A DNA stretch of 64,000 nt from Candidatus Woesebacteria bacterium GW2011_GWB1_38_8b (lineage in GTDB: Bacteria > Patescibacteriota > Microgenomatia > UBA8517), in the NCBI GenBank assembly GCA_000993115.1, contig LBVN01000007.1, positions 3,587 through 67,586 of the forward strand. The letters run 5' to 3'. The position numbers and the translations under genes are program-made. Below, one piece after another: positions 36,484 to 45,675 of the stretch. Numbering within the stretch: position 1 is the stretch's first letter; every line of letters begins with the position of its first letter. The notes under the pieces are model-generated. The model saw only the letters and a program-made list of their open reading frames with translations. It was not told where the DNA came from and searched no databases.

Positions 36484-38109
36484 CTAAACTGATTTTCCGA
36501 AGTTATAGAAAAGGAAGCTGTAATCAATTATGTCAACAATTCCATCTCCATTAATATCTGCCCTCTCGTCGAATGGTGTTTTTGCAAAATTGTAAAACAG
36601 TATTCCGTAATCAACAATATCAACCCCACCATTGACGTCACAATCGCCAGGAAACGCAATTCTGACAACTCTATTAAGAGCAAAGCCAAGTCGGTCATTA
36701 GAAGCAGCGAGATTCCAGGTGAACGAAGAACTGTTCGTTACAGCAAAATCGCACGAATAGACATTATTAACATTTGCAGAATTATAAAAACATAATCTGC
36801 TCAAATTACCGTTAGCCAATTGAGAAAACTCTAAAGTTCTCTGTCCACCACAGTCCTTAAAATCAGCTACAGACGCTTGTAATCTAACGGTAGTCGTACG
36901 TGAATTAAATATTACCATGTCAGCAGGTAAAATAAGGTTGTTATTAAAGATTGGTGTACCTAATGCACAAGTCGGAGTTGGAGTAAAAGTAGAGGTAGGA
37001 GTTAAAGTGAAAGTAGGCGTAACGGTTGCTGTAGGAGTCGGAGTATTTGTCGGGGTATTAGTCGGTGTATTAGTCGGTGTATTGGTGGGTGTAGGCGAAG
37101 GTGTCCAGTTTCCAGTAGCTGTATCTTCATTGTTGGTTTCGTTGAGCTCGATAATAGTATTGGTATAATCTACATACGCCCGATAGTTATACCAACCATT
37201 AACTGTTCCATTGGGAACAGTCTGGGTGACTTGATAAGATTGATTTACACCAAGGCCAGTCGTTCTAGTATTTAATAATGCTAATGAATTATTCGGGTTA
37301 GTACATCCACTTGTCGTGCAGTAAGCTGTATGCAACCTAATAGAGGTACCAGAGGGAATTGCGGCTGTACCATTATTGCTTACTGTTGTTGTAAATGTGA
37401 AAAGGCTATTTCCTACAACTCCTGCGCTCGGAATAAAAACAGTCAAGTCAGGTCGTAAAGCTATAGTTGGGGTCGGTGTGTTTGTAAAAGTTGGAGTCGG
37501 AGTATTGGTAAATGTTGGAGTTGGTGTTCTAGTTGGGGTTGGAGTGCTGGTTGGTGTCGGTGTAGGTGTTCCAACAACTAAATTCAAATTAGTGGTATTT
37601 TGTAAAACATTATTCCCTGGGTCTTCCAAGGAAGCAACTAAAGTTCCGGTACCAAAAGTCACAGAGGTACTTGGAGAACTCGAAAAAGGTGCTGAAGCTA
37701 TAATGGTTGCTACGAGACCAGGAGTAGTTGCATATACTCTTGTTGCAGGATTTATCCAAACAACGTAGAAAATTGTTCCGGCAACGTTATCAATTTCTTT
37801 TTTTACTACATCCACCTGACCCGGTAGAAATGTGCCTAAGGTGACATCGCTTACGTTAATATACCTGGGGTCGAAGTGAATATCCAACTGAACTCCAATA
37901 ACCTGGTTATTTCCAGGCGTTGCGTTGACATCAATAGAAAAACTCTGTCCGGGGTGAATTAAAGTAGTATTAGTTGTCATGGAAAGGCTGGTAGAAGGAG
38001 CTGCCTCTTCTCTAATATCCTGGCTGGATCTTAAAAGGTAGATTCCTATAAATGCACCGACTGCAATAATTAACACCACTAAAAGTTGAAGCATTACCTT
38101 CTTTGACAT
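36484..38109 (-). CDS. secreted multidomain protein: cohesin-like domain, TP linker, CARDB domain, TP linker, unknown domain, type-I dockerin
   Basis: Signal anchor. Cohesin-like segment FSIDVNATPGNNQVIGVQLDIHFDPRYINV. CARDB-like PDLTV...NNGTA...VDYTNTIIELNETNN. Dockerin repeats DVNGGVDIVDY and DINGDGIVDIIDY. Confidence 0.65.
   Translation of the reverse strand: MSKKVMLQLLVVLIIAVGAFIGIYLLRSSQDIREEAAPSTSLSMTTNTTLIHPGQSFSIDVNATPGNNQVIGVQLDIHFDPRYINVSDVTLGTFLPGQVDVVKKEIDNVAGTIFYVVWINPATRVYATTPGLVATIIASAPFSSSPSTSVTFGTGTLVASLEDPGNNVLQNTTNLNLVVGTPTPTPTSTPTPTRTPTPTFTNTPTPTFTNTPTPTIALRPDLTVFIPSAGVVGNSLFTFTTTVSNNGTAAIPSGTSIRLHTAYCTTSGCTNPNNSLALLNTRTTGLGVNQSYQVTQTVPNGTVNGWYNYRAYVDYTNTIIELNETNNEDTATGNWTPSPTPTNTPTNTPTNTPTNTPTPTATVTPTFTLTPTSTFTPTPTCALGTPIFNNNLILPADMVIFNSRTTTVRLQASVADFKDCGGQRTLEFSQLANGNLSRLCFYNSANVNNVYSCDFAVTNSSSFTWNLAASNDRLGFALNRVVRIAFPGDCDVNGGVDIVDYGILFYNFAKTPFDERADINGDGIVDIIDYSFLFYNFGKSV
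36970..37104 (-). repeat. coding tandem repeat (TP/TNTP linker 2)
   Basis: Encodes TPSPTPTNTPTNTPTNTPTNTPTPTATVTPTFTLTPTSTFTPTPT. 12-nt units such as ggtgtattagtc are visible on the plus strand. Confidence 0.8.
37443..37569 (-). repeat. coding tandem repeat (TP linker 1)
   Basis: Encodes TPTPTPTSTPTPTRTPTPTFTNTPTPTFTNTPTPT, including a duplicated TFTNTPTPT unit. Confidence 0.8.
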
Positions 38110-38162
38110 ACTTCATTATTGATTAAAAGATATTTAAAATGCAATAGTCAACTAAATGCCTA

Positions 38163-38191
38163 TTGACAGCTTGTACTTTTTGAAATAAATT
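38163..38191 (+). promoter_or_regulatory. candidate promoter for the LysM gene
   Basis: TTGACA (38163-38168), a 17-nt spacer, then TAAATT (38186-38191). Confidence 0.45.
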
Positions 38192-38229
38192 TACGCTTAA
38201 TTTTCTGCCCCACATAATATATTTTTTTA

Positions 38230-38832
38230 ATGCTTTCTTTAAAACTTAATCAAATATTAAAGCCTTTAAAATTTCATGAGAGTTCGTTAAGTGTAATTTT
38301 TGGTATAGTATTTATTGTAATAATAGGCATATTTGTAATAAATTATATTTCTAAAAATAAAGGCGAAATTACAATTCCAACAGTATCCGGAGAAAATTCC
38401 ACTTCATTAAAAATTCATAAAGTCGAAAAAGGTGATGATCTTTGGAAAATTTCCGAAAAATACTATGGAACCGGATATAAGTGGGTCGAAATTGCAAAAG
38501 AAAACGAAATAAAGAATCCTGGATTAATAGAGGTAGGACAAGAAATTAAAATTCCTGAAACATCTCCTGCAGTTACTGTTACCGTTGCTCCACCTAAAAC
38601 CGAAATACTAACTACAACCACATCTTTAGTAGCTACAGAAGTTGATAAAGCAGTTGTCAAGGCTGATGTAATCACATCTGAAACTTATGTAGTTGAAAAA
38701 GGAGACAATCTATGGAAAATTTGTGTCAGGGCATACTCCGACGGCTATAAATGGACAGATGTCGCCAAAGCAAATAAATTGAAAAATCCGAGTCTGATAC
38801 TTCCAGGTATGAGCCTTACACTACCAAGGTAG
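38230..38832 (+). CDS. membrane-anchored protein with two LysM domains
   Basis: Two copies of the motif H/YxVEKGDxLWKI...YGxGYKW..IAKxNxxKNPxLIxxGxxxxxP. Confidence 0.8.
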   Translation: MLSLKLNQILKPLKFHESSLSVIFGIVFIVIIGIFVINYISKNKGEITIPTVSGENSTSLKIHKVEKGDDLWKISEKYYGTGYKWVEIAKENEIKNPGLIEVGQEIKIPETSPAVTVTVAPPKTEILTTTTSLVATEVDKAVVKADVITSETYVVEKGDNLWKICVRAYSDGYKWTDVAKANKLKNPSLILPGMSLTLPR

Positions 38833-38871
38833 CGCTAATATATTGTATAATTATTCCCGTGATATCAAATC

Positions 38872-38942
38872 GCGGGATTAGTTAAGCGGCCTAACGCTAC
38901 CTTCCCAAGGTAGAGAAAGGGGTTCAACTCCCCTATCCCGCT
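38872..38942 (+). tRNA. tRNA-Gly (CCC)
   Basis: GCGGGATTAGTTAAGCGGCCTAACGCTACCTTCCCAAGGTAGAGAAAGGGGTTCAACTCCCCTATCCCGCT. The anticodon loop is TTCCCAA. Confidence 0.85.
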
Positions 38943-38959
38943 CTAAATTTAGTTCGTTT

Positions 38960-39391
38960 ATGAATAAAACAACTACATACACCCCCTATATTATCCCCGT
39001 TTCAGTGAAAGGTGTTGTGTTTGATGGAGGCAAGGTTTGGTTAAGGCAAAATGAACGAAACGAATGGGAATTACCAGGAGGTAAATTAGACGAGGGTGAG
39101 CAACCAGAACAAACGATAAAAAGAGAATTACAAGAAGAACTAGGTTTTGAAACAGATGTAAAAGATATTATTCAATCCTACTTGTATATTATAAAAACAT
39201 CAAATGACGAGTCACGGGGTGTTTTAGTTATTTCATATCTATGCCAAATTTTAAAAAAGACTGGAAAATTCGAAATTAATAGTGAAGCTGGTCCGTCAAA
39301 ATTTAAGCAGTTTAGTTTGGAAGAAATTAAGGATTTGAATATACCCGAGTTTTATAAAAAAGCAATTTTAAAAGCTTCTAAGTTGAATTGA
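38960..39391 (+). CDS. NUDIX hydrolase
   Basis: Nudix box GGKLDEGEQPEQTIKRELQEELG. Confidence 0.8.
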   Translation: MNKTTTYTPYIIPVSVKGVVFDGGKVWLRQNERNEWELPGGKLDEGEQPEQTIKRELQEELGFETDVKDIIQSYLYIIKTSNDESRGVLVISYLCQILKKTGKFEINSEAGPSKFKQFSLEEIKDLNIPEFYKKAILKASKLN

Positions 39392-39879
39392 TGAAAAATA
39401 AAGAATTCCTACATGAAATTGCAATAACGGCCATTATCGTTAAGAAGGGAAAATATTTAATTACCAAACGCTCTTCAAATAAGAAAAGATTTCCAGGCAA
39501 ATGGACTGTGCCGGGTGGAAAACTTGAAACTGATGATTACATAAATCTTCCAAAAGATACTGAATTTTATTGGTATAACGTATTGGAAAAAGTTTTACGA
39601 AGGGAGGTAATGGAAGAAGTTGGTGTTGAAATAACTAATATTGAGTATGTCACAAGTTTAGCTACAACACACAGTGATGGTAACCCCTCTTTGGTAATTT
39701 CATGTATGGCAGATTATGTTTCAGGGAAAGTCAAATTGCAAAAAGAGGAAGCCGATGAATATGGTTGGGTTAGTTTAGACGAAGCCAAAAATTATGATCT
39801 TATTGACGGCATTTATGATGAACTTGTAATGGCGGAAAACAAAATTAAAGGGGTAAAAAGCGAATGGAAAAGAAATTAA
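39391..39879 (+). CDS. NUDIX hydrolase (second, tandem)
   Basis: Nudix box GGKLETDD...LRREVMEEVG. Its ATG shares one nucleotide with the preceding TGA (TGATG). Confidence 0.8.
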   Translation: MKNKEFLHEIAITAIIVKKGKYLITKRSSNKKRFPGKWTVPGGKLETDDYINLPKDTEFYWYNVLEKVLRREVMEEVGVEITNIEYVTSLATTHSDGNPSLVISCMADYVSGKVKLQKEEADEYGWVSLDEAKNYDLIDGIYDELVMAENKIKGVKSEWKRN

Positions 39880-39969
39880 ATATCTTATAACTTCAAAAGT
39901 ATTTCAAATGCAATCCTATTTTTAAAACTGCTATAATATCACTTGTAGCCAGGGTATCAGAGAGAATCT

Positions 39970-40041
39970 GCCGGTGTGGCTCAATGGTAGAGCGATCCCT
40001 TCGTAAGGGATAGGTTAGAGGTTCAAGTCCTCTCATCGGCT
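39970..40041 (+). tRNA. tRNA-Thr (CGU)
   Basis: GCCGGTGTGGCTCAATGGTAGAGCGATCCCTTCGTAAGGGATAGGTTAGAGGTTCAAGTCCTCTCATCGGCT. Confidence 0.85.
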
Positions 40042-40094
40042 CATGAGCCTATTGTTAAGTGTTTAGGTCCCGGGAGAGAAAGCGATTTTTATTT

Positions 40095-40811
40095 ATGCGT
40101 GATTATATTTCAAGAAGACAAAAGGTTCAGCAGAAAAAAAACGTGAGATCGACTCTATTTTTTATAATCCTCACTATTTCCACTTTTTTTATATTGATAT
40201 TTTTCGGAATTCCGCTTGTTGTTAAGTATGTAGGATTTTTAACAAACCTTAAAAAAAGTAATGATCAAATTGATCAGGAAGACACGACTCCTCCACCCCC
40301 TCCTACTTTTGAATATTTCCCTGAGAGTACGAAAGAATCTGATATCGAAATCAAAGGGTTTACTGAGCCCGGATCGATTGTTGTTCTTTATATTAATAAT
40401 GAAGCTAATGAATTAGTTACTGACAATGAGGGCGGTTTTAGTTATAAATTGACCCTTACTGGGAACGAATATGTTGTCGAGGCAATTGCAAAAGATAAAA
40501 GCGGAAACGAAAGTAAGCGTGTAGTGGGAGGTAAAATCGTGATTGATAAAGAGCCACCTGAACTCACTATCAATAAACCAGCCGACAAAGAACAGTTTTT
40601 CGGTTCAACAAATAAACAAATCAGGATTGAGGGTACAACGGAAGCGGAATCTAAAGTAAATATAAACGGAAGAAACGTGATAGTTGATTCATCAGGAGCA
40701 TTCACACATTCTATAACACTGAACGAAGGAGAAAACGCCTTTAGTATAACATCCGAGGATCAAGCAGGAAACAAAAACGAGAAGATTATAACTGTTTCAT
40801 TCTCCTTCTAG
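40095..40811 (+). CDS. membrane-anchored protein with tandem bacterial Ig-like domains
   Basis: TM segment, a PPPPP linker, then two repeats of the type IEIKGFTEPGS.V...N......DNEGGF...L.L..NEY...A.DKSGNES. The start is set at the ATG at 40095. Confidence 0.6.
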   Translation: MRDYISRRQKVQQKKNVRSTLFFIILTISTFFILIFFGIPLVVKYVGFLTNLKKSNDQIDQEDTTPPPPPTFEYFPESTKESDIEIKGFTEPGSIVVLYINNEANELVTDNEGGFSYKLTLTGNEYVVEAIAKDKSGNESKRVVGGKIVIDKEPPELTINKPADKEQFFGSTNKQIRIEGTTEAESKVNINGRNVIVDSSGAFTHSITLNEGENAFSITSEDQAGNKNEKIITVSFSF

Positions 40812-41022
40812 AAATGTAAGCGTCTCCCATTATAACAAACGACTCAAGACTTTTTATAACACTATTTACGAACCCTTTTGTACCTTCTAAGATATTAAAC
40901 TTTAGTAAGTAACTCCTTAAAAAAGTAGCAGCCGGGTTATTTAGGACAGTAAAAAAACTCGATTGACGCTGGTTCCTTTTTGATTTATTTATTATTTTGT
41001 TAACAGTCTGAGATAATTCCAT
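40786..41022 (-). pseudogene. C-terminal remnant of a family-2 glycosyltransferase
   Basis: NPAATFLRSYLLKFNILEGTKGFVNSVIKSLESFVIMGD resembles the conserved C-terminal helix region of GT2 enzymes (F.r.Y.lk.G.ldG..G). No catalytic domain lies upstream; the next gene ends at 41040. Confidence 0.45.
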
Positions 41023-41039
41023 TAGATAAAATAATCTAG

Positions 41040-41507
41040 TTATACAGTTCTCAAAATCAAATAAACAATAATTAAAAATAAAAATACATATACGGTTATA
41101 TTATAGACGAACTTTGTAGGATCATTTTTTTCTTTTATAAGTTTCTGAAAACCCATGCCCAGTAGATAATAAATCACTAAGTTAACAAAAATTATTAAAA
41201 TAAAACTAATAATTACAGGTAAAGTAAAAGGTAAATATTTTATAATACTTCCCAATACAATGTACCCGGGTAAGCTGGTCAAAGTATAAATATAAATTCC
41301 AGCGAGTGTACAGACTTGTCGACCACCCAAATTTATACAAAAAGTCGTATTAAAAGCCGGAATTATTTTATAAATTAAATAAAGAATCAACCCTAAAAAT
41401 AAAGACAAAACATATGTTGTAGGTAGCAATAATTTATAATTATTTTTTAGTTTTGTTCTAAGTGTTTTAAAGTTTTTAATTTTTCCAACCATGTTTATAT
41501 TATACAT
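41040..41507 (-). CDS. hypothetical polytopic membrane protein
   Basis: 155 aa with about 4 TM segments. Its start abuts the stop of the upstream gene. Confidence 0.5.
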   Translation of the reverse strand: MYNINMVGKIKNFKTLRTKLKNNYKLLLPTTYVLSLFLGLILYLIYKIIPAFNTTFCINLGGRQVCTLAGIYIYTLTSLPGYIVLGSIIKYLPFTLPVIISFILIIFVNLVIYYLLGMGFQKLIKEKNDPTKFVYNITVYVFLFLIIVYLILRTV

Positions 41508-41951
41508 TCAAAACTTACTTTTAATTTTATTAATAAATATATTGGTTGCAATGAAAAAAACACAGTTATATAAAAACCCTGATACAATTAACTTTCCGGC
41601 TGAAAAAGAATAAATTGAATAAGGAATACCGACTGAGACTGGTGGGTTTTTCCAAAAGAAAATTGATAACACGAAATACTGTGCCACTGCAGTTACAAAC
41701 ACGATAAATAAAGAAATTACCAATGTTCTCAAAACACCTTCCTTCATAAAATCCATAACAAATCTTTTATCGGTTGAGAAATTTGCCAAGCCATAAAATA
41801 TTATAATAGTTACACCTGCGAGAATAATTAAAATCTTTTCCCAAAAGCCAGGTGTCGGTCCGTTTGTGAAAAAAGCATAGTAAATTATGGCTAAAAAAAT
41901 AGAAAATGGATATGAATTGCGTTTAAAAAGTCCAATTATATCTTTCCCCAT
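41508..41951 (-). CDS. hypothetical polytopic membrane protein
   Basis: 147 aa with about 4 TM segments. Confidence 0.5.
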   Translation of the reverse strand: MGKDIIGLFKRNSYPFSIFLAIIYYAFFTNGPTPGFWEKILIILAGVTIIIFYGLANFSTDKRFVMDFMKEGVLRTLVISLFIVFVTAVAQYFVLSIFFWKNPPVSVGIPYSIYSFSAGKLIVSGFLYNCVFFIATNIFINKIKSKF

Positions 41952-42195
41952 ATATAATATTCATCATATAATAATTTATGACTGATATTCCAGGCACAAC
42001 ATCAACTAAATCAAAAAAGGATATCGTAAAAGACGATAGCAGTATTCAGTTAAAAACGGTTATTAACATAAAAAGCATACTAACGGGGAAAATTAAACCT
42101 ACCGCATTAAACTTTAATAATAAACAATTTAAAAATTGGGTAATAGTTTCTTCAGTTCTGACTTTAATTTTTGTTTTATTTTTATCGCTTACCAG

Positions 42196-42738
42196 TTACA
42201 AGTTTCTGATACTCGCTTTTTCCGGCCCAGGAATAGGGGTAGTGTCGTGCAGAGTTGCGTGTTTTCTTAGATATTGGATCTCCTCTACTTCATCGGGTGA
42301 TTTAAATGTCAAAAATGCTTTTCCACCGGGTTTCAAAATTGTAAAAATATCTTGGAGAAGAAGCGCTGTTTCACTCTTGTCAAAATAATTAAGCGAAAGT
42401 CTTGAATACGCAATATCAACAGTAGCCGGCTTTAACGGAATTCTATGAAGACTAAAATCTACTTGTTTAATTATTAATTTACTTTCAAAACCTTTTTTCT
42501 TGGCATTCGCCATTGCAATACCAAGTGCGTATTGTGAAATATCCAAAATAATAACACTATGACCTTTTTCCAAAAAATACATAGCATCAGCACCAACTCC
42601 ACCTCCCAAGTCAATAATTACGGAATTTCTGGGAAATAAAGCTTCTTTTTCCTGAGCATATTTTGATACAATCAATCCTCCGGTGGCAGTTTTCTGATGA
42701 TATAAATCCCAAACCTTAGAATCTTTCTCAAAACTCAT
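42196..42738 (-). CDS. class I SAM-dependent methyltransferase
   Basis: Motif I VIIDLGGGVGADAMYF, 180 aa. Confidence 0.75.
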   Translation of the reverse strand: MSFEKDSKVWDLYHQKTATGGLIVSKYAQEKEALFPRNSVIIDLGGGVGADAMYFLEKGHSVIILDISQYALGIAMANAKKKGFESKLIIKQVDFSLHRIPLKPATVDIAYSRLSLNYFDKSETALLLQDIFTILKPGGKAFLTFKSPDEVEEIQYLRKHATLHDTTPIPGPEKASIRNL

Positions 42739-42824
42739 AATTCATGATACCACTTTTTGAAAAAATAATGAGCAAAAATGGTAAGCATAGCTTGGCCACG
42801 TTGAGCGTGGTAAAATATGTTTAA

Positions 42825-42898
42825 GGATGCATAGCTCAGCTGGTTAGAGCGTTCGATTCACATTCGAAAGGTCCCAGGTTCGAATCCTGGTGCGTCCA
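42825..42898 (+). tRNA. tRNA-Val (CAC)
   Basis: GGATGCATAGCTCAGCTGGTTAGAGCGTTCGATTCACATTCGAAAGGTCCCAGGTTCGAATCCTGGTGCGTCCA. Confidence 0.85.
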
Positions 42899-42915
42899 CA
42901 ACATTTTTTAATACT

Positions 42916-43542
42916 ATGAAAGTGTATATAGTCAGACATGGTCTAAGTGTAGACATGGCTAACGGCATTTACCAGCGGCCTGATTCTCCACTTAACGGTG
43001 ACGGAATAAAACAAGCTAACGCTGCAGCAGTTAGATTCAAAGATATTCCTATTGATATTATTTGGTCCAGTCCCCTTAGAAGATCTTTTGAAACAGCTCA
43101 AATAATAAATAAAATAATAAATAAAAAGCTAGTTCTCGAAAACCTTCTAGAAGAGGAACATAGACCTTCCGAAATAATCGGAAAAGAAAAAACCGATATC
43201 AAATCGATTGAAATTGTTAAAAAACTAAATCAAAATTACGGTAGAATAGGTTATAGATACTCTGACGAAGACACGTTTGAAAATTTAAAAACACGAGCGT
43301 CTGACATATTACAAAAATTAATTAAGCAAAAATACGATTCTATTCTTCTGGTAACACACGGAGATATTAGCAAAATGCTTTTAACAACTATTTTTTACCA
43401 GCTCAAATTCCCCGTTTCTAAATATATTCAAATTCAAAATTTATTTTCTTTGAGTAAAGGAGCATTAAGTTTGTTGGTATTTAACCCACAAATCGGATGG
43501 AAAATTGAGTTTTGGAATGATAAATCTCATCTCGAGAATTAA
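42916..43542 (+). CDS. histidine phosphatase family protein (phosphoglycerate mutase-like)
   Basis: VYIVRHGLS (RHG motif), SSPLRRSFETA and LVTHGD motifs. Confidence 0.75.
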   Translation: MKVYIVRHGLSVDMANGIYQRPDSPLNGDGIKQANAAAVRFKDIPIDIIWSSPLRRSFETAQIINKIINKKLVLENLLEEEHRPSEIIGKEKTDIKSIEIVKKLNQNYGRIGYRYSDEDTFENLKTRASDILQKLIKQKYDSILLVTHGDISKMLLTTIFYQLKFPVSKYIQIQNLFSLSKGALSLLVFNPQIGWKIEFWNDKSHLEN

Positions 43543-45020
43543 GCTAATGGTCTTCCCTGTTCGTTTGATCCATACCCGCTGACATGAATTAGATTTGCTT
43601 TTTTCAACTCACTAATTGAATGTGAACCTGTATAGCTCATTGCCGACCGTAGACCTCCAACATATTCCATTAAAAGTTCCTGAGTTGAACCTTGATATGG
43701 AGTAAAAGTTTCTCGGCCTTCCGGAGCGTAAACAGTGATGTTTGTCGAAGTGCTACTAATTTTCTTTCTGTCTTCCAAAACACCCTTTGACGCCATACCT
43801 CGAACTCTTTTCTGCAATGTCCCGTTAATTCTCACAGTATCCCCGGGGCTCATATCTGTTCCTGCAAACAAACTACCTATCATAACTGTATCCGCACCAC
43901 AAGCTATAGCTTTAGAAGGATCACCCGGCTCGCGTACTCCACCATCCGATATAATTGGCAGCGCTTTCTTTATATTTTTTAAAGCCCTGCTAACTTCCAA
44001 CACCGCTGTTATTTGAGGTACTCCCGTCCCTGCAACGTTTCTTGTTTTACAAACAAACCCGGGTCCAATTCCTACTTTAATTCCATCTGCACCCGCCTCG
44101 TAAGCAAAAAGCGCTCCGTCATAGGTTGCAATATTTCCAACAATAATAGGTATTTTAATATTTTCTTTAACTTTGAGCTTACGTATCATTTCTTTTGTAT
44201 ATACCGAATGACCGTGTGCTATATCCAAAAATATAACATCGACACCTGCCTCTACGACAAGTAAAGCTCTCTCCACATCCACTTCGTGCACACCTATAGC
44301 CGCCCCAACGATCAATCTTCCACGATTATCGGTTGCAGCATTAGGATATCTATTAATAAGTTCGTAATCTTTTAGTGTATAAACCCCTAAAAGTACATTT
44401 GCCTTATCAAGTACAGGAAGTTTTTCTATTCTGAAATCTCTCATTATTTTCACCGCCTGCGTCAAACTCGTTCCATCTTTTGCAGTAATCAATTTTCTTA
44501 TACCGTTTCCGGTGACCGAAGTCATAACTTTGGAAATTAATGTTTCGTTGTTTCCAGCATTGAAATCCTTATTTGTTGCGATACCACAAATATTCCCTTC
44601 GAATTTATCCCCTTTAAAAACTAAAACATAACCACGGTTTCGTTTTTCCAACAAATTTAGCGCATCTGATATTTTTGCCTTAACAGAAACCATCGGGGGG
44701 TTTGTTTCTATAGTTCTCATTTTTTCCTTGACTATTCTAACCATTTCTGCCTGTTGTGATGGAGTATTATTACGGTGAATTTCACCTAATCCTCCGTTTA
44801 AAGACATCACTTCCGCCATTTTTTCACCTGTTACAGTATCCATTCCGGAAGATATAAACGGTATATTTAATTTCGGAGCTCCTTTTGCAACTTCGGTTGA
44901 AGTATCTATTTGATTACTGTAACGTGATTTGATATCGGAATAACTTGGCTTTAGGTATACATCAGAAAATGCCAAAGCTTCACCTTCATTATAAAAATTG
45001 ATTTTTGGAAAGTTTTTCAT
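43539..45020 (-). CDS. guaB: IMP dehydrogenase
   Basis: A CBS pair, then the catalytic loop [11 protein letters not shown] and a GGVREPGD motif. 493 aa. Confidence 0.85.
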   Translation of the reverse strand: MKNFPKINFYNEGEALAFSDVYLKPSYSDIKSRYSNQIDTSTEVAKGAPKLNIPFISSGMDTVTGEKMAEVMSLNGGLGEIHRNNTPSQQAEMVRIVKEKMRTIETNPPMVSVKAKISDALNLLEKRNRGYVLVFKGDKFEGNICGIATNKDFNAGNNETLISKVMTSVTGNGIRKLITAKDGTSLTQAVKIMRDFRIEKLPVLDKANVLLGVYTLKDYELINRYPNAATDNRGRLIVGAAIGVHEVDVERALLVVEAGVDVIFLDIAHGHSVYTKEMIRKLKVKENIKIPIIVGNIATYDGALFAYEAGADGIKVGIGPGFVCKTRNVAGTGVPQITAVLEVSRALKNIKKALPIISDGGVREPGDPSKAIACGADTVMIGSLFAGTDMSPGDTVRINGTLQKRVRGMASKGVLEDRKKISSTSTNITVYAPEGRETFTPYQGSTQELLMEYVGGLRSAMSYTGSHSISELKKANLIHVSGYGSNEQGRPLA

Positions 45021-45113
45021 TACACCCGACTATTATTGGTTATATAATTGTTTTAGTCAAATATTAAATTCCTTTACTTGTAATTTTTACTAAGTTTTAA
45101 ATATAATATACAT

Positions 45114-45671
45114 ATGCTGCAAAGGTTGGGTGCTTTTTTTTTGGACATAATTGAAGTTGTTGTTTTTGCAATTGCAATATTTTTATTTATCTACCTTCTT
45201 ATTATGCAGCCCCATAAAATAAAAGGGGATTCTATGCAACCAAATTACCCCGATGGGGAATATCTTCTTACTGATAAAATCTCATATAGATTCGGCGAAC
45301 CCAAAAGAGGAGACGTTGTTGTTTTTGAAGCCCCGGGTACTAATGGAGATGAATATATAAAGCGTATAATCGGGCTTCCAGGAGAAAGTGTTAAAGTTGA
45401 AGGCGGTAAAGTATTCGTAAACGGCAAAAGTCTAAATGAAATGTATCTGACATCCACGCTTTATACAAGCTCGGGAGCTTTTTTGACTGAAGGCAAAGAA
45501 GTTACAGTTCCCACTGATAATTATATTGTTTTTGGTGATAACCGCTTGGCATCTTCGGATTCAAGAGCGTGGGGATTGGTTTCAAAAGACAAACTAAAAG
45601 GTAAGGCATTCTTTATCTATTGGCCGCCAAAAAGTTTTGGTATGACGGAAGTTGTAAATTATAATATCTAA
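45114..45671 (+). CDS. lepB: signal peptidase I
   Basis: GDSMQPNY, RGDVVVF, KRIIGLPGE and GDNRLASSDSR motifs. Confidence 0.9.
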   Translation: MLQRLGAFFLDIIEVVVFAIAIFLFIYLLIMQPHKIKGDSMQPNYPDGEYLLTDKISYRFGEPKRGDVVVFEAPGTNGDEYIKRIIGLPGESVKVEGGKVFVNGKSLNEMYLTSTLYTSSGAFLTEGKEVTVPTDNYIVFGDNRLASSDSRAWGLVSKDKLKGKAFFIYWPPKSFGMTEVVNYNI

Positions 45672-45675
45672 GTAT

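Noticed and set aside
36970-37569. Short tandem repeats that could be mistaken for a CRISPR array.
   Set aside because: The units are 12-30 nt, directly adjacent with no spacers, and lie inside a continuous ORF where they encode TP linkers.
36917-37768. Gly-Val-rich plus-strand ORFs (36917-37168 and 37376-37768).
   Set aside because: They are antisense translations of the Thr-Pro linker repeats of the cohesin/dockerin gene.
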